IMG/VR virus record: IMGVR_UViG_3300005663_000033
Location: 49,444-113,443 of that record
Strand: one strand, 5' to 3'
Source: a virus
DNA length: 64,000 bases
Part shown: in pieces, positions 35,970 through 46,112 of the stretch
How positions within the stretch are numbered: the first letter of the stretch is position 1
Layout of the letters: every line of letters starts with the position of its first letter
The notes under the pieces: generated by a model
What the model was told of the DNA's origin: nothing
Database searches by the model: none
The model's input: only the letters and a program-made list of their open reading frames with translations
Program-made: the position numbers and the translations under genes

Positions 35970-37753
35970 TGAGTGTTGATAAGTACTCACCACAGGGATT
36001 TGCTCTCAAGATTTTTCAGGATAGATACGCTATCCACGCAAAAGAAACATTTGAACAGGCTTGCGAACGAGTTTCCAGGACGATTGCAGATGCTGAAATG
36101 GGAACCAAACGAGATGAGTATTTTACCAGGTTCCTAGATGTTTTGCAGACGAATCGTTTTTCTCCCGGCGGAAGAATCTGGAGAGGTGCAGGACGCCCAA
36201 GAGGGCAATTACTTAACTGTTTTTGTATACCAGCAGAGGATTCCAGAGAAGGTTGGGGGGATGTCCTCCGTAATGTTACTATTATATCAGGGACAGGTGG
36301 TGGAGTTGGAATTAATTTTTCCAAAATTAGACCACGAGGAACCAAAATCAGAGGTACTGGTGGTGAAGCAACTGGCTCCGTAAGTCTTATGCGAGCCGTT
36401 AATGCGGTCTGTAATGAATTGCGTGAGGGTGGAGGTCGTCGCAGCGCTTTATTATACTGCCTAGATTGGAGACATCCTGATTTACTTGAGTTTCTTGAGG
36501 CTAAGTTAGACAAAAAAGAATTAACCAATGCTAATATTTCTGTGTTGGTTGACGATGAGTTTTTTAAATTATTAGACAATAAAGGCGATATAGTCTTTAA
36601 GTGGCAGGGGGAAGAACGAGGAAAGATATCTTCTCAGGAATTGTGGGATAAAATTATTCAAAATGCGTGGAATGGTGGTGATCCCGGCTTGCTTAACATT
36701 GGTCTTATGAGTGAACAGAATACTATATCATATGTTAATGGAGGAGAAATTTCATCTCCTAACCCATGCGCAGAAGCCACCCTAGAAGAATATGGATGTT
36801 GTTGCCTAGGCGCTATCAATCTCCACACACATATCGTAGATGGAAAAATGGATTGGGATTTATTAGAAGAAACTGTTGCTATTGGAGTTCGATTTTTAGA
36901 TGATGTATTGGAGCAAAATAATTATCCACTTCCAATTATCCAACAAACATCACAGAGACATCGTCGCATTGGTCTCGGGATTATGGGTTTACATGATATG
37001 TTAATAGAACTCAATCTTAAGTATTCAACCCAGATAGCAAGAGACACCGTTGACAAAATTATGAACTTTATTAAAAAGCAGGCTTATCATGCCAGTATTA
37101 CTCTAGCAATAGAAAAAGGTCCATTCCAAGCCTTTGATGCATCTAAACACACAAGAACTGGATTTGCTAAGAAACATCTTACTCGCAGGCATCACCGTCT
37201 TATCAAAGAATATGGTATTCGCAATTGTGCATTGTTGGCGGCAGCACCAACTGGAACAATTTCATTAGTTGCTGGATGTTCGTCTGGCATAGAACCGCTA
37301 TTTCAAGCTGTCTACAAAAGACACTTTAACAAACACAAGGATACGCATAATGATAAGAAAAAAAATGGAGCAATGGAAATAATAATTCATCCATTATTGG
37401 CGAAGTTTCTTAAGGCCAACAGGTCTACAAAATGTTTTCAAAATGCTCACGATATTTCTCCAGAAGAACATCTGGCAATGCAAGTAGTGTGTCAAAATCA
37501 TATAGACAATGCAATATCTAAAACGATAAATGTGCCAACAGACTTTGCTGTAGAGCAACTATCTCGTGCTGTTAGAAAATATATCGACAGATTGAAGGGT
37601 GTAACTATATATCGGGATGGAAGCAGAAGTAAATCTCCATTAATTCCAATTCCCACCTCAGAGGCTAAACAATATCTGGACAAAATGAAAGAAGAAGCGG
37701 CAATTGATGATTGTCCAAGTGGTAAATGTAACATTCCGAAAGGTGGTAAATAG
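35969..37753 (+). CDS. nrdJ: class II (adenosylcobalamin-dependent) ribonucleotide reductase
   Basis: PGGRI, LLNCF, GGGVG, NPCAE, CCLGAINL, RRIGLGIMG, APTGTIS, AISKTIN, C-terminal CPSGKC; no nrdB in the window. Confidence 0.88.
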   Translation: MSVDKYSPQGFALKIFQDRYAIHAKETFEQACERVSRTIADAEMGTKRDEYFTRFLDVLQTNRFSPGGRIWRGAGRPRGQLLNCFCIPAEDSREGWGDVLRNVTIISGTGGGVGINFSKIRPRGTKIRGTGGEATGSVSLMRAVNAVCNELREGGGRRSALLYCLDWRHPDLLEFLEAKLDKKELTNANISVLVDDEFFKLLDNKGDIVFKWQGEERGKISSQELWDKIIQNAWNGGDPGLLNIGLMSEQNTISYVNGGEISSPNPCAEATLEEYGCCCLGAINLHTHIVDGKMDWDLLEETVAIGVRFLDDVLEQNNYPLPIIQQTSQRHRRIGLGIMGLHDMLIELNLKYSTQIARDTVDKIMNFIKKQAYHASITLAIEKGPFQAFDASKHTRTGFAKKHLTRRHHRLIKEYGIRNCALLAAAPTGTISLVAGCSSGIEPLFQAVYKRHFNKHKDTHNDKKKNGAMEIIIHPLLAKFLKANRSTKCFQNAHDISPEEHLAMQVVCQNHIDNAISKTINVPTDFAVEQLSRAVRKYIDRLKGVTIYRDGSRSKSPLIPIPTSEAKQYLDKMKEEAAIDDCPSGKCNIPKGGK

Positions 37754-39664
37754 ATGGCTAAAGAAAAACCCCAATTAAGCGAACAAATGCAGGAAGTCAT
37801 TAGATTGATTAGATTACACAATCGTAATGGAAGCTCAGGAGTTCTCAGGGAAGAAGTGGCAGAAGGCCTTGATATTTCTGTTTGGAAAGCCAGAAAACTC
37901 ATCACCCAAGCGGAAACTATTTTAGCAGGTACTCCAAAAGTTGGCATTGACCCAAGTGATCCACTTTTTCGATCAGAAGTTGCACGACGCATAAAAAAAC
38001 AAACTACAATAGTGAAGATTGCTGGAGCAATGCATTCGACTGAAGAAGAGGTAAGTGCCGTTATTGACGATATGGAAGAACGCGGATATATAATCCTAAG
38101 ACGAGGAAATACGGTTCAATTAGGTAAATCGGTAGAACATTCACCTACGGGTATTGTTTTTGAAAATCATTTTCACGACAAACCAATTTCATTCGGTGTT
38201 GTTGCTGACATGCATTTGTGTAGCAAAGCGGAACGATTAGATGTGCTTAATGCGGCGTATGACGAATTTGCCCGAAGAGGGATTAATACAGTTCTATGCC
38301 CTGGAAATTATATAGATGGAGAATGTAGATTCAACACACATGAACTTCTAGCGCATGGCATAGCTGATCAATGTCAGTATGCTATTGACCATTGGCCGTC
38401 AAGACCTGGTATTAAAACCTATTTCGTGGATGGCGATGACCATGAAGGTTGGTTCCAGCAAAGAGAAGGTATTGAGTTCGGTCGCTATCTAATGCTCGAA
38501 GCCCAGGCTCAGGGTCGAGATGATCTTGTATACATGGGTTATATGGAAGCGGATTTTGAATTAAAAGCACCTAATGGAAGTGCCGTAATCAAAGTTATTC
38601 ACGCTGGTGGGGGTTCGTCCTATGCATATAGTTATGCTTCGCAAAAATTAGCAGAGAGTTTTCAAGGAGGTGAGAAGCCAGCCGTTTGCATTATTGGTCA
38701 TTATCACAAAATGGAATATTGTGTAAGTTTAGATTCTGAAATCCTTACTAAGAATGGATGGAAAAAACACAATGAACTTACCCTGAAAGAAGAAATATTA
38801 GGATATAATTTAGAGACCGGGTTGTCAGAATGGACTACGCTGGATAGTATAAATGTCTTTCCTGAAAAACAATTAAACTATTATAGCAATGCAAAATTTG
38901 CGGTTAATTGTACGCCAGATCATAAGTGGGTCTGGGAACAAGATGGGGAAAGATTTCTAGCTTCTATGTCTGAAGTACATCCCAAATGGGACAATAATCG
39001 TCCTATGCTGATTCAAACAGCCAGGGCTCCTGATGGACCGGGTTTGCCTCAATTAAAATATCAAGATTTACTAGAGAAAGAAACATTGGTTCAGCAAGTT
39101 ATAAAAATGACTTCTGCCGAAAGACAAGCATTCCTGGTTGGCCTCATGGTAGGAGAAGGATCAAGAGCAAACAGTACAATATCTTTTGCTCAAAATGGCG
39201 GACCAGTGAATGACGCTTTTACTTTAGCTGCTTTTCTAGAAGGATGGGCTATGGGGAAGCCATATATAATACAAGATTCACAAACATTACGTACAGGTAT
39301 TTTTCAAAAGCCGCATAGAGATCATCGTATTAGAGATGCTTTGGTAAAAACTACTACTGAGACAGTTTGGTGCCCAACTACTGGTTTGGGTACGTGGGTT
39401 ATGAGACAAAATGGCCAAATAACTATTACAGGTAATTGTTTCCCAAGGAACGTTCACTGTTTACAAGCCGGGACAATGCAGGATCAAACTAGATTTATGA
39501 GGAAAAGAAAACTTGCTGCTCACGTTGGTTTTTGCATAGTTACATTACAACAGGATATAGGAGGAAGTGTTACCAGATTCTCTCCAGAATTTTTTCCATT
39601 CTGGGATCGAGGATACTATTTGAAGAGAGATGGAATTACTGAAAGACTCCAGAACGGAGAATAG
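37754..39664 (+). CDS. calcineurin-like metallophosphoesterase with N-terminal HTH domains, intein-containing
   Basis: ADMH, PGNYIDG, GDDHE, IH and GHYH motifs. Confidence 0.8.
   Translation: MAKEKPQLSEQMQEVIRLIRLHNRNGSSGVLREEVAEGLDISVWKARKLITQAETILAGTPKVGIDPSDPLFRSEVARRIKKQTTIVKIAGAMHSTEEEVSAVIDDMEERGYIILRRGNTVQLGKSVEHSPTGIVFENHFHDKPISFGVVADMHLCSKAERLDVLNAAYDEFARRGINTVLCPGNYIDGECRFNTHELLAHGIADQCQYAIDHWPSRPGIKTYFVDGDDHEGWFQQREGIEFGRYLMLEAQAQGRDDLVYMGYMEADFELKAPNGSAVIKVIHAGGGSSYAYSYASQKLAESFQGGEKPAVCIIGHYHKMEYCVSLDSEILTKNGWKKHNELTLKEEILGYNLETGLSEWTTLDSINVFPEKQLNYYSNAKFAVNCTPDHKWVWEQDGERFLASMSEVHPKWDNNRPMLIQTARAPDGPGLPQLKYQDLLEKETLVQQVIKMTSAERQAFLVGLMVGEGSRANSTISFAQNGGPVNDAFTLAAFLEGWAMGKPYIIQDSQTLRTGIFQKPHRDHRIRDALVKTTTETVWCPTTGLGTWVMRQNGQITITGNCFPRNVHCLQAGTMQDQTRFMRKRKLAAHVGFCIVTLQQDIGGSVTRFSPEFFPFWDRGYYLKRDGITERLQNGE
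38720..39436 (+). mobile_element. intein (239 aa) with degenerate LAGLIDADG remnant
   Basis: Starts CVSLDSEILTKNGW; block B CTPDHKW; AFLVGLMVGEG; ends VWCPTT...ITGN followed by Cys(+1). Confidence 0.88.
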
Positions 39665-39666
39665 GT

Positions 39667-40302
39667 TTGGGTACATTTATTAATATTGCTGGACAACGGT
39701 TTGGTAGATTAACTGTTTCATGTATAGCTGACCGAGATAAATGGAAAAATATCAGATGGTCATGTATTTGTGATTGTGGTCATAAAACTATTGTTTTAGG
39801 AGGCGCTCTTCGGCAAGGAAGAATCAATAATTGCGGTTGTTCAAAAATACGACATGGACATAGCAAGCAAGGTAATATGACACAAATATATATCGCGTGG
39901 ATGGCTATGAAACAAAGATGTGTTAATCTAAACAACCCAGAATACAAAAACTATGGAGCAAGAAATATAACTATATGTTTTCGCTGGAAAGTATTTGAAA
40001 ATTTCCTTGCAGATATGGGGGAACCTCCGACAGAAAATCATTCTTTAGATAGAATAAACAATGATGGTAATTATTGTCCAGAAAACTGCCGTTGGGCAAC
40101 TAAAACAGAACAAGCAAGAAACATGAGAGTCAATCATCTGATAACCTATCGAGGCAAAACACAATGTCTGCCAATTTGGGCTGAACAATTTGGCATAAGT
40201 GAAAATGCTTTGCGGACCAGACTCCGTGTATTAGGTTGGTCCATAGAAAAAGCTTTGACGACACCAATAAAAAGATACAAGAAAAGGAAAATCAATGGCT
40301 AA
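39667..40302 (+). CDS. HNH-type homing endonuclease, paralog 2
   Basis: GQRFGRL, CICDCG, YGARNI, SLDRINNDGNYCPENCRW. Confidence 0.85.
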   Translation: MGTFINIAGQRFGRLTVSCIADRDKWKNIRWSCICDCGHKTIVLGGALRQGRINNCGCSKIRHGHSKQGNMTQIYIAWMAMKQRCVNLNNPEYKNYGARNITICFRWKVFENFLADMGEPPTENHSLDRINNDGNYCPENCRWATKTEQARNMRVNHLITYRGKTQCLPIWAEQFGISENALRTRLRVLGWSIEKALTTPIKRYKKRKING

Positions 40303-41248
40303 ACTTGAAATGACATATGCCTGGAGTAATTCCAGAGTTAAGACACTGCGTGAATGTTCATGGAAATATTATTTGACTTATATACAGTCTTGGGAAGGAT
40401 GGCTTACCTCTGCGCCTCAGGAGAAGAGACAAGCTTATATGCTTAAACAAATGACCAATCTCCCCATATGGATCGGTTCTATTGTTCACGATGTAATAGA
40501 AGAAATTATTACCATAGGTCGTACAACTGAAGAATGGAGAACGTTAGAACAAGCCCAACACGACGGTATCCAGGCGCTGAGAAAGGGCTGGAAACAATCC
40601 AAAGATAAAAGATGGCAAGGTAGTCCAAAGAGAAACATAAATCTCGCAGAACATTTTTATCAGAAAGAGATAGAACCTGATAAATTAGCTTCATATAAAC
40701 AAAAGGTTCTCAGATCACTGAAAGCATTCTATGATATGCCCTTATTCAAAATATTACAGGGTCTCAAAAAAGAGGACTGGCTTACTCTCGAAGATTTCCA
40801 GAAGTTCCAAATGGATACGGGGGAAGAAGTTACGGTAAAGATTGACTGTGGCTTCCGGTATCGGGGAAAGGTGTATCTTCTGGACTGGAAGACTGGAATG
40901 GTTAATGACAGTGTGATAGACCAACTAGTAACCTATTCTATGTATGCATTGAAGCAAGGATGGGTAAAGAAGCCCGAAGATATTATCATCATCCCAGTAT
41001 ATTTAGCGGCGTATGCAGAACTTGGAGAACAAGCTACTCCACATCTCAATGTTACCATGCAACACATGAAAAGACAAGCGGGTATAATTCGCAGTGAATA
41101 CCCTCTGCTGAAGGAAGCTTTTGACAATAAAGATGATCCATCTAAATTTGAGCGGACAGATAACGAAAGAGCTTGTGTAAAATGTCATTTTAGAGATATG
41201 TGTTCCGGTGCGAAAATGGAGATATCAGATGGAGCAACACCTTTCTAA
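40295..41248 (+). CDS. PD-(D/E)XK nuclease (AddB/Cas4-like)
   Basis: WSNSRV...C, GSIVH, VKID, LLDWKTG, QLVTY, CVKCHFRDMC. Confidence 0.8.
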   Translation: MAKLEMTYAWSNSRVKTLRECSWKYYLTYIQSWEGWLTSAPQEKRQAYMLKQMTNLPIWIGSIVHDVIEEIITIGRTTEEWRTLEQAQHDGIQALRKGWKQSKDKRWQGSPKRNINLAEHFYQKEIEPDKLASYKQKVLRSLKAFYDMPLFKILQGLKKEDWLTLEDFQKFQMDTGEEVTVKIDCGFRYRGKVYLLDWKTGMVNDSVIDQLVTYSMYALKQGWVKKPEDIIIIPVYLAAYAELGEQATPHLNVTMQHMKRQAGIIRSEYPLLKEAFDNKDDPSKFERTDNERACVKCHFRDMCSGAKMEISDGATPF

Positions 41249-41801
41249 AAAATATGAAATATTAATGATTGATCCACCTTGGCCTAAGAAAAAGGGTGGT
41301 ATAAGAAAAATAGCCCCTAATCAAACACGAATGTTGGATTATCCTACTTTATCTATTAAAAAAATTGCAATTTTATTGGATGATCATATATTACCGTTGG
41401 CTTCTGAACAACATACTGTCTTTCTTTGGACTATTGATCAATTTTTACACGAATCTGAACAAATTATGGAGCAACGTGGTTACAAAAGACATGCTCGAAT
41501 TATTTGGGATAAAGGAAATGGTGTAGCTCCTGCGTTTACAATTCGTTATACACATGAATACTTATTGTGGTATTACAAACCAAAAATGTTGCGCATATGT
41601 AGAGATGCTAGGGGGAAATTAACTACAGTTATACAATCACCAAATCGACAGCATTCTCGTAAACCAGACAAAGCGTATGATTATATTAATTTCCTTTATC
41701 CAGATGCCAGTAAAATAGATATTTTTAGTAGAGAAAAAAGAACTGGATGGGATCAATGGGGAAGTGAATGTGGTAAGTTTGATAGACCAACATTATGTTA
41801 G
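41229..41801 (+). CDS. MT-A70 family N6-adenine methyltransferase
   Basis: IDPPW, VFLWT, IWDK, HSRKP, FSRE..GWDQWG. Confidence 0.88.
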   Translation: MEQHLSKKYEILMIDPPWPKKKGGIRKIAPNQTRMLDYPTLSIKKIAILLDDHILPLASEQHTVFLWTIDQFLHESEQIMEQRGYKRHARIIWDKGNGVAPAFTIRYTHEYLLWYYKPKMLRICRDARGKLTTVIQSPNRQHSRKPDKAYDYINFLYPDASKIDIFSREKRTGWDQWGSECGKFDRPTLC

Positions 41802-42286
41802 AAGCAACCCTGTATTTTGATGGTGGAATCCGCCAAGATATTATGGCTTATGGTTGGCTGTTAGTAGACAAAACCATAGTTGACTTGCGAAATTGTCTTT
41901 CGAATGACAACAAGGATGTAATCGCATCTGGCAATAAAACATGTGGGGAAGGAACATCAAACATAGCAGAATATCGTGCATTAATCGCCGGACTAAGAGG
42001 AAGTCTTAAGTGTGGAGTAGATGTTATCCACATCATAGGAGATAGTCAGCTTATCATTAAACAGGTGACTGGAGTATTCAAAGTAAAGAAACCGGAACTA
42101 AAGACCCATCGTGATTACGTTCTTGAACTTTTAAATCATTTTGAAGATTTCACAATCAAGTGGGTGCCACGGGTAGAGAACAAAAGAGCAGATGCTCTAG
42201 TTAACGCAGTATTCGAAAGGAAAAATGAAAAATGTTCTCCAAAAAAGAAAAATCAAGGCCGCAAAGATTTGCGAAAACGATCCTAG
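41795..42286 (+). CDS. rnhA: ribonuclease HI
   Basis: YFDGG, SNIAEYRAL, GDSQLII, WVPRVENKRADALVN. Confidence 0.9.
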   Translation: MLEATLYFDGGIRQDIMAYGWLLVDKTIVDLRNCLSNDNKDVIASGNKTCGEGTSNIAEYRALIAGLRGSLKCGVDVIHIIGDSQLIIKQVTGVFKVKKPELKTHRDYVLELLNHFEDFTIKWVPRVENKRADALVNAVFERKNEKCSPKKKNQGRKDLRKRS

Positions 42287-42798
42287 CTCTACTATTTTGT
42301 GTCTTGCCGGGATGCGTAGCACCAGATGCCGTCAAAACTGAGATTCAGGGTATCCGCAACGACATGGGTAGTCTTGAAAAAATTGTTGATCAGAAAGCTG
42401 ACAGCACCGTGGTTGCTGAGCAAGTAGGTGAAATCAATAACAAGATAGAGCAGACAGCACAGATTGCTGAAGAATTGTCTCTGTGGAGAAAAGACGTACA
42501 AGCCGAAACCATAAATTACAGTGGAGCTGGATGGGTAGTGGTTGGCACTGGCATTATGGCTTTAATTTTCGTTGGTGCGGGTTTGTTGCTTATTCGAGCA
42601 TTTATGAAAAGAGGTAGTCTACTGACTCTTATAACTTGTGCGATTCAGAAGGTTGGTAAGCATTCACCGGATACTGTAAAAGCTATTAAGAAACAATTAA
42701 AAATTGAAACTTTAAATGGAGGCCCATTTACAGAACAGGATCGAAAAAATCTCGGTAATTTTGCCAAGAAAAAAGGAACTTTTTCGGAACAAGAATAG
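42232..42798 (+). CDS. lipoprotein with coiled coil and internal TM helix (spanin-like architecture possible)
   Basis: Lipobox LPG-C, coiled coil, hydrophobic WVVVGTGIMALIFVGAGLLLI. Confidence 0.6.
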   Translation: MFSKKEKSRPQRFAKTILALLFCVLPGCVAPDAVKTEIQGIRNDMGSLEKIVDQKADSTVVAEQVGEINNKIEQTAQIAEELSLWRKDVQAETINYSGAGWVVVGTGIMALIFVGAGLLLIRAFMKRGSLLTLITCAIQKVGKHSPDTVKAIKKQLKIETLNGGPFTEQDRKNLGNFAKKKGTFSEQE

Positions 42799-42818
42799 GG
42801 TTTTGAGGTATAATAGGA
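42780..42818 (+). promoter_or_regulatory. conserved phage promoter motif, copy 4 (divergent)
   Basis: TTTTTCGGAACAA-N16-TATAAT-AGG, same spacing as the other copies. Confidence 0.65.
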
Positions 42819-42830
42819 TGGGAGTAAGTA

Positions 42831-43172
42831 GTGCCTACGTACGAATATGAATGCGAAGCTTGTGGTTATGAATTCGAAGCGTTTCACAGTATGTCAGCGA
42901 AGCCGCTTGTAGATTGTCCTGAGTGCTGTGAGCCTAAGTTGGTTAAACTGATCAGTCCAGGAGCAGCAATAATCATAAGGGGTACCGAAACGCCATGCCA
43001 TGGCGGCAGGGGACGCAAGACACAAAAGAAACAGCAGAAGAAACCTTGCGACAATGATCGATTGGGCGAAGGTAAAAACAAAAGTAAAAAACCATTCTGG
43101 AGAGAAGGCCCACTAAACAAAGATGTACTAAAAAATCCAACGAAGTACATTGAGGAAGGGAAGATAGATTGA
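42831..43172 (+). CDS. FmdB-family zinc ribbon protein
   Basis: MPTYEYECEACGYEFE...CPEC...KLIS. Confidence 0.85.
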   Translation: MPTYEYECEACGYEFEAFHSMSAKPLVDCPECCEPKLVKLISPGAAIIIRGTETPCHGGRGRKTQKKQQKKPCDNDRLGEGKNKSKKPFWREGPLNKDVLKNPTKYIEEGKID

Positions 43173-43504
43173 TGGACAAATCAGAAATTAGAACTAATCG
43201 AGTAAACGCCGACGATAAACCCCTCAAAGGCTTGGTGAATAAAGGCTATAAAACGTTTAAGTGTACTGGTTGTAATAAACCTTTGTTAGCACTTCAACTG
43301 ACGGCTATAGAAGGGGAGAGTGTAGTCGAAGTTTTAACACGAATAGCCGTCTTATGTTGTGCATGTAAAAGTTTTTCATGTGTACAACAGATTTCTGGAC
43401 AATTTCATCCAGGCGCACCAAATGACCAAATGGCATTCGACGTTTTAGATGATGATACCGGTGCTCCAGAAGCTGATGTTCTTTTTAAGGCGTGGAGTAA
43501 ATGA
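43169..43504 (+). CDS. zinc-binding hypothetical protein
   Basis: CTGC...CCAC. Confidence 0.6.
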   Translation: MMDKSEIRTNRVNADDKPLKGLVNKGYKTFKCTGCNKPLLALQLTAIEGESVVEVLTRIAVLCCACKSFSCVQQISGQFHPGAPNDQMAFDVLDDDTGAPEADVLFKAWSK

Positions 43505-43812
43505 AAGTAGTTGTTGTAGATATTCATGGGACACCTCGTGAAATAGATGGAAATGCCAAGGTAGATTTCGATATTTTGGCGAGATGGTCTGGCAATAGAT
43601 ATCTCGTTCTTGCTTCTGTTGAAGGAGATTTATTTGATCCGCTTGACACAAAAGCAGGCATAAACAAGCTAGATCGAGAACGTGGTGGAAAAGTTTGGGA
43701 ACTAAGGACATGTAGCCAGGAGTGTTATGAACAGTATACTGTTTTCTTGCGAAGCAAAAACAGAACACCATACCTCGTGGCACAACGGAGATTTAGAAAT
43801 GACTTTCGATGA
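43501..43812 (+). CDS. hypothetical protein
   Basis: ATGA overlap; GDLFDP...Y..FL...YL..AQR. Confidence 0.65.
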   Translation: MKVVVVDIHGTPREIDGNAKVDFDILARWSGNRYLVLASVEGDLFDPLDTKAGINKLDRERGGKVWELRTCSQECYEQYTVFLRSKNRTPYLVAQRRFRNDFR

Positions 43813-44155
43813 ATTCAAATTAGATTTTCTTAATTTTTTGGATGGTTCGAATGTGAATCTTGGTCGTAGAGGGACAAAGACGAGGAGCGCATTTCTCGAC
43901 AAGGTATTAGAAAAGTTTGAGACTTTTAGCGAATCTTGTAATAATGTCAATGTTGATAAGAATAAGACAAAGAAAAAAGATAAGAATCCCATGAGTGGTA
44001 GCGTTAAGTGTATTAAACCGGAAGACCCAAGAAAAGCACTTGATATAGGTAAAGGTGTTCATGCTATGACATCTAGTGAATCAATGCGGGCCGATGAACA
44101 ACTAGATCGCTCTCCTTTTAGTGGTAAAAACGATGAGGATAAAGAAAATGAGTAA
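43799..44155 (+). CDS. hypothetical protein
   Basis: GGAG SD; GVHAMTSSESMRADE motif. Confidence 0.6.
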   Translation: MTFDEFKLDFLNFLDGSNVNLGRRGTKTRSAFLDKVLEKFETFSESCNNVNVDKNKTKKKDKNPMSGSVKCIKPEDPRKALDIGKGVHAMTSSESMRADEQLDRSPFSGKNDEDKENE

Positions 44156-44573
44156 AGATGGAAATGACTCAAATTTAGCATTCGGAGTTACATCGACAAC
44201 ACCAGAAGTAAGATTTATCGCTTCATTATCTGATGGTAGAACTGTTATTCAGGATGATCGTCCAGGTAAAGAACATGCTTGGATTAGATTGTCTAAATGG
44301 ATAAAAGCTAATTCAAATATATCAATTTCAAACTTACGGCTTCAAGGTTTAAAAGGTAAGGATATCAAGATGCCACCCAATCAAAAGGGATACTTTTTAG
44401 GGAAAAAACAAAATGCAACCTGGGGTGGTTCTCAGAGTAATTATCTAGGTATTGGATATTATGATGGACAAATAGTTAATGTTGTTTGGCATCGTCAGCC
44501 TAAATTCGATCATTCTTTTACTGAGAATAGAACTGTGGCTAATGCTGGTTTCTTTTTGATTAAAAATTCCTGA
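44148..44573 (+). CDS. hypothetical protein
   Basis: LSDGRTVIQDDRPG...AWIRL. Confidence 0.65.
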   Translation: MSKDGNDSNLAFGVTSTTPEVRFIASLSDGRTVIQDDRPGKEHAWIRLSKWIKANSNISISNLRLQGLKGKDIKMPPNQKGYFLGKKQNATWGGSQSNYLGIGYYDGQIVNVVWHRQPKFDHSFTENRTVANAGFFLIKNS

Positions 44574-45064
44574 TGGCAATAAGACACCAATTACAAAATG
44601 AAAAGCATCCTTATCTATCCCCAACTACGCCGGGATTATATATTACATTCCGCGCTTATATTATCGAACTCATTTGTTTGAATGTCAATAAAAAAATCGG
44701 TCCGCGATTTTGGTCTGATAAAAAATATTGGGGGCCAAAATTTCGAAGAGAAGTTAAAGGTGTAGACAATGTTCTCAAACAATTATTTCATTTTGTATCT
44801 AAAGTCGAAACCATAGATGCTTTCACCCAAACAGCTTTTGTGCAAATCATAAGAGAACACAATATCAAATCTCTGACATATAAGACTACTGTGAAAAGAG
44901 CGGTTAATAGTATTCGTCAAAGAAAAGTTGATCTAGAAAAACAAAGAGTTGAATTTCGAGCAAAATCACCTCAGAAAGAAATAGATGCCAAGAAAAACTC
45001 GACTTTTATTGATACTGGAGAAAAGGGTGTATTAGCAAAGATAAGAGAGACAGAGAATGGCTAA
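44573..45064 (+). CDS. hypothetical protein
   Basis: TGATG coupling; directly upstream of recA. Confidence 0.65.
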   Translation: MAIRHQLQNEKHPYLSPTTPGLYITFRAYIIELICLNVNKKIGPRFWSDKKYWGPKFRREVKGVDNVLKQLFHFVSKVETIDAFTQTAFVQIIREHNIKSLTYKTTVKRAVNSIRQRKVDLEKQRVEFRAKSPQKEIDAKKNSTFIDTGEKGVLAKIRETENG

Positions 45065-46112
45065 GAAAAAATCAAAGATTGAAAATGAATCACTGGATGT
45101 ATTTCTTACGCGGATACACGGTGAAGGTATTATTGCCACAGCAGATAAAGCTTTACCTCCTAGAAAGAGAGATGTTCTTAATACCCCACTATCTTTAGAC
45201 ATTGCTTTGAGTGGCGGTATTCCAGATGGTACGATTTGTTTAATCACAGGAAAACCAAAGTCGGGGAAAACCACGCTGTGTCTAGAATTACTGAGAAATG
45301 CACAGATTCTTAATCGTCCGACATTCTATATTAATATTGAAAAAAGATGTACTCCATCCTTATTATCAACGATTCAAGGGCTTGATCCGTCAAAACTTCA
45401 AGTCATCCCACACCAAATAGATAAACCACTAACGGCTGAGGATTATCTCAACATTATAGAACGTATTGCTAAGACACAGAAAAAAGCCGTTGTTGTAATA
45501 GATAGTATTGCCGCACTATCTACCATGACAGAGCAAGAAGAACAAATTGGATCAAACAAAGATATGGCTGGACCTGCAAAGTTGTTGTCAGCGTTTTTTA
45601 GAAGAGCACAACAAGTCGTAGATTCAAATGATGTTATTCTCATTTTCATTTCACAAATGATGACAAGCAGAGAACCTCGTGGTCCAAAATGGATGGAAAA
45701 GGGTGGAATAGCTATTCAATATGCATGTTCTGTTTGGCTTAAAGTTACCTGGATACAGCAATGGGAAAGAAATGCAGAAACCAATGCTCCAGATGGTCAC
45801 GATATGCACATAACAGTACAGTCATCCGCCCTAGGACGGCCACTTTTGCCTTGTATTCTACCTCTTCGATATGGTGTTGGAATTGATGTTGTAAAAGATA
45901 TTGTAATGACAGCAGAGAACCTTGGATTGATCGAAAAAGCTGGCGCCTGGTATTCAATTCCCATGTTTGCTGGCGATGGTGATCCTCCTAAGTTTCAAGG
46001 ACTTGCAAGATTATCCAACTTTCTAAAGGATAATCCAGATAAGTTAAAACGACTGGAGACTGAAGTAAGAGATATTGTATTACCAAAGGAGACAGATAAT
46101 GCTAAGGACTAG
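45057..46112 (+). CDS. recA: RecA/UvsX-like recombinase
   Basis: SLDIALSGGIP, GKPKSGKTT, VIDSIAAL, IFISQ, GGIAIQY, IEKAGAWY. Confidence 0.9.
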   Translation: MAKKKSKIENESLDVFLTRIHGEGIIATADKALPPRKRDVLNTPLSLDIALSGGIPDGTICLITGKPKSGKTTLCLELLRNAQILNRPTFYINIEKRCTPSLLSTIQGLDPSKLQVIPHQIDKPLTAEDYLNIIERIAKTQKKAVVVIDSIAALSTMTEQEEQIGSNKDMAGPAKLLSAFFRRAQQVVDSNDVILIFISQMMTSREPRGPKWMEKGGIAIQYACSVWLKVTWIQQWERNAETNAPDGHDMHITVQSSALGRPLLPCILPLRYGVGIDVVKDIVMTAENLGLIEKAGAWYSIPMFAGDGDPPKFQGLARLSNFLKDNPDKLKRLETEVRDIVLPKETDNAKD

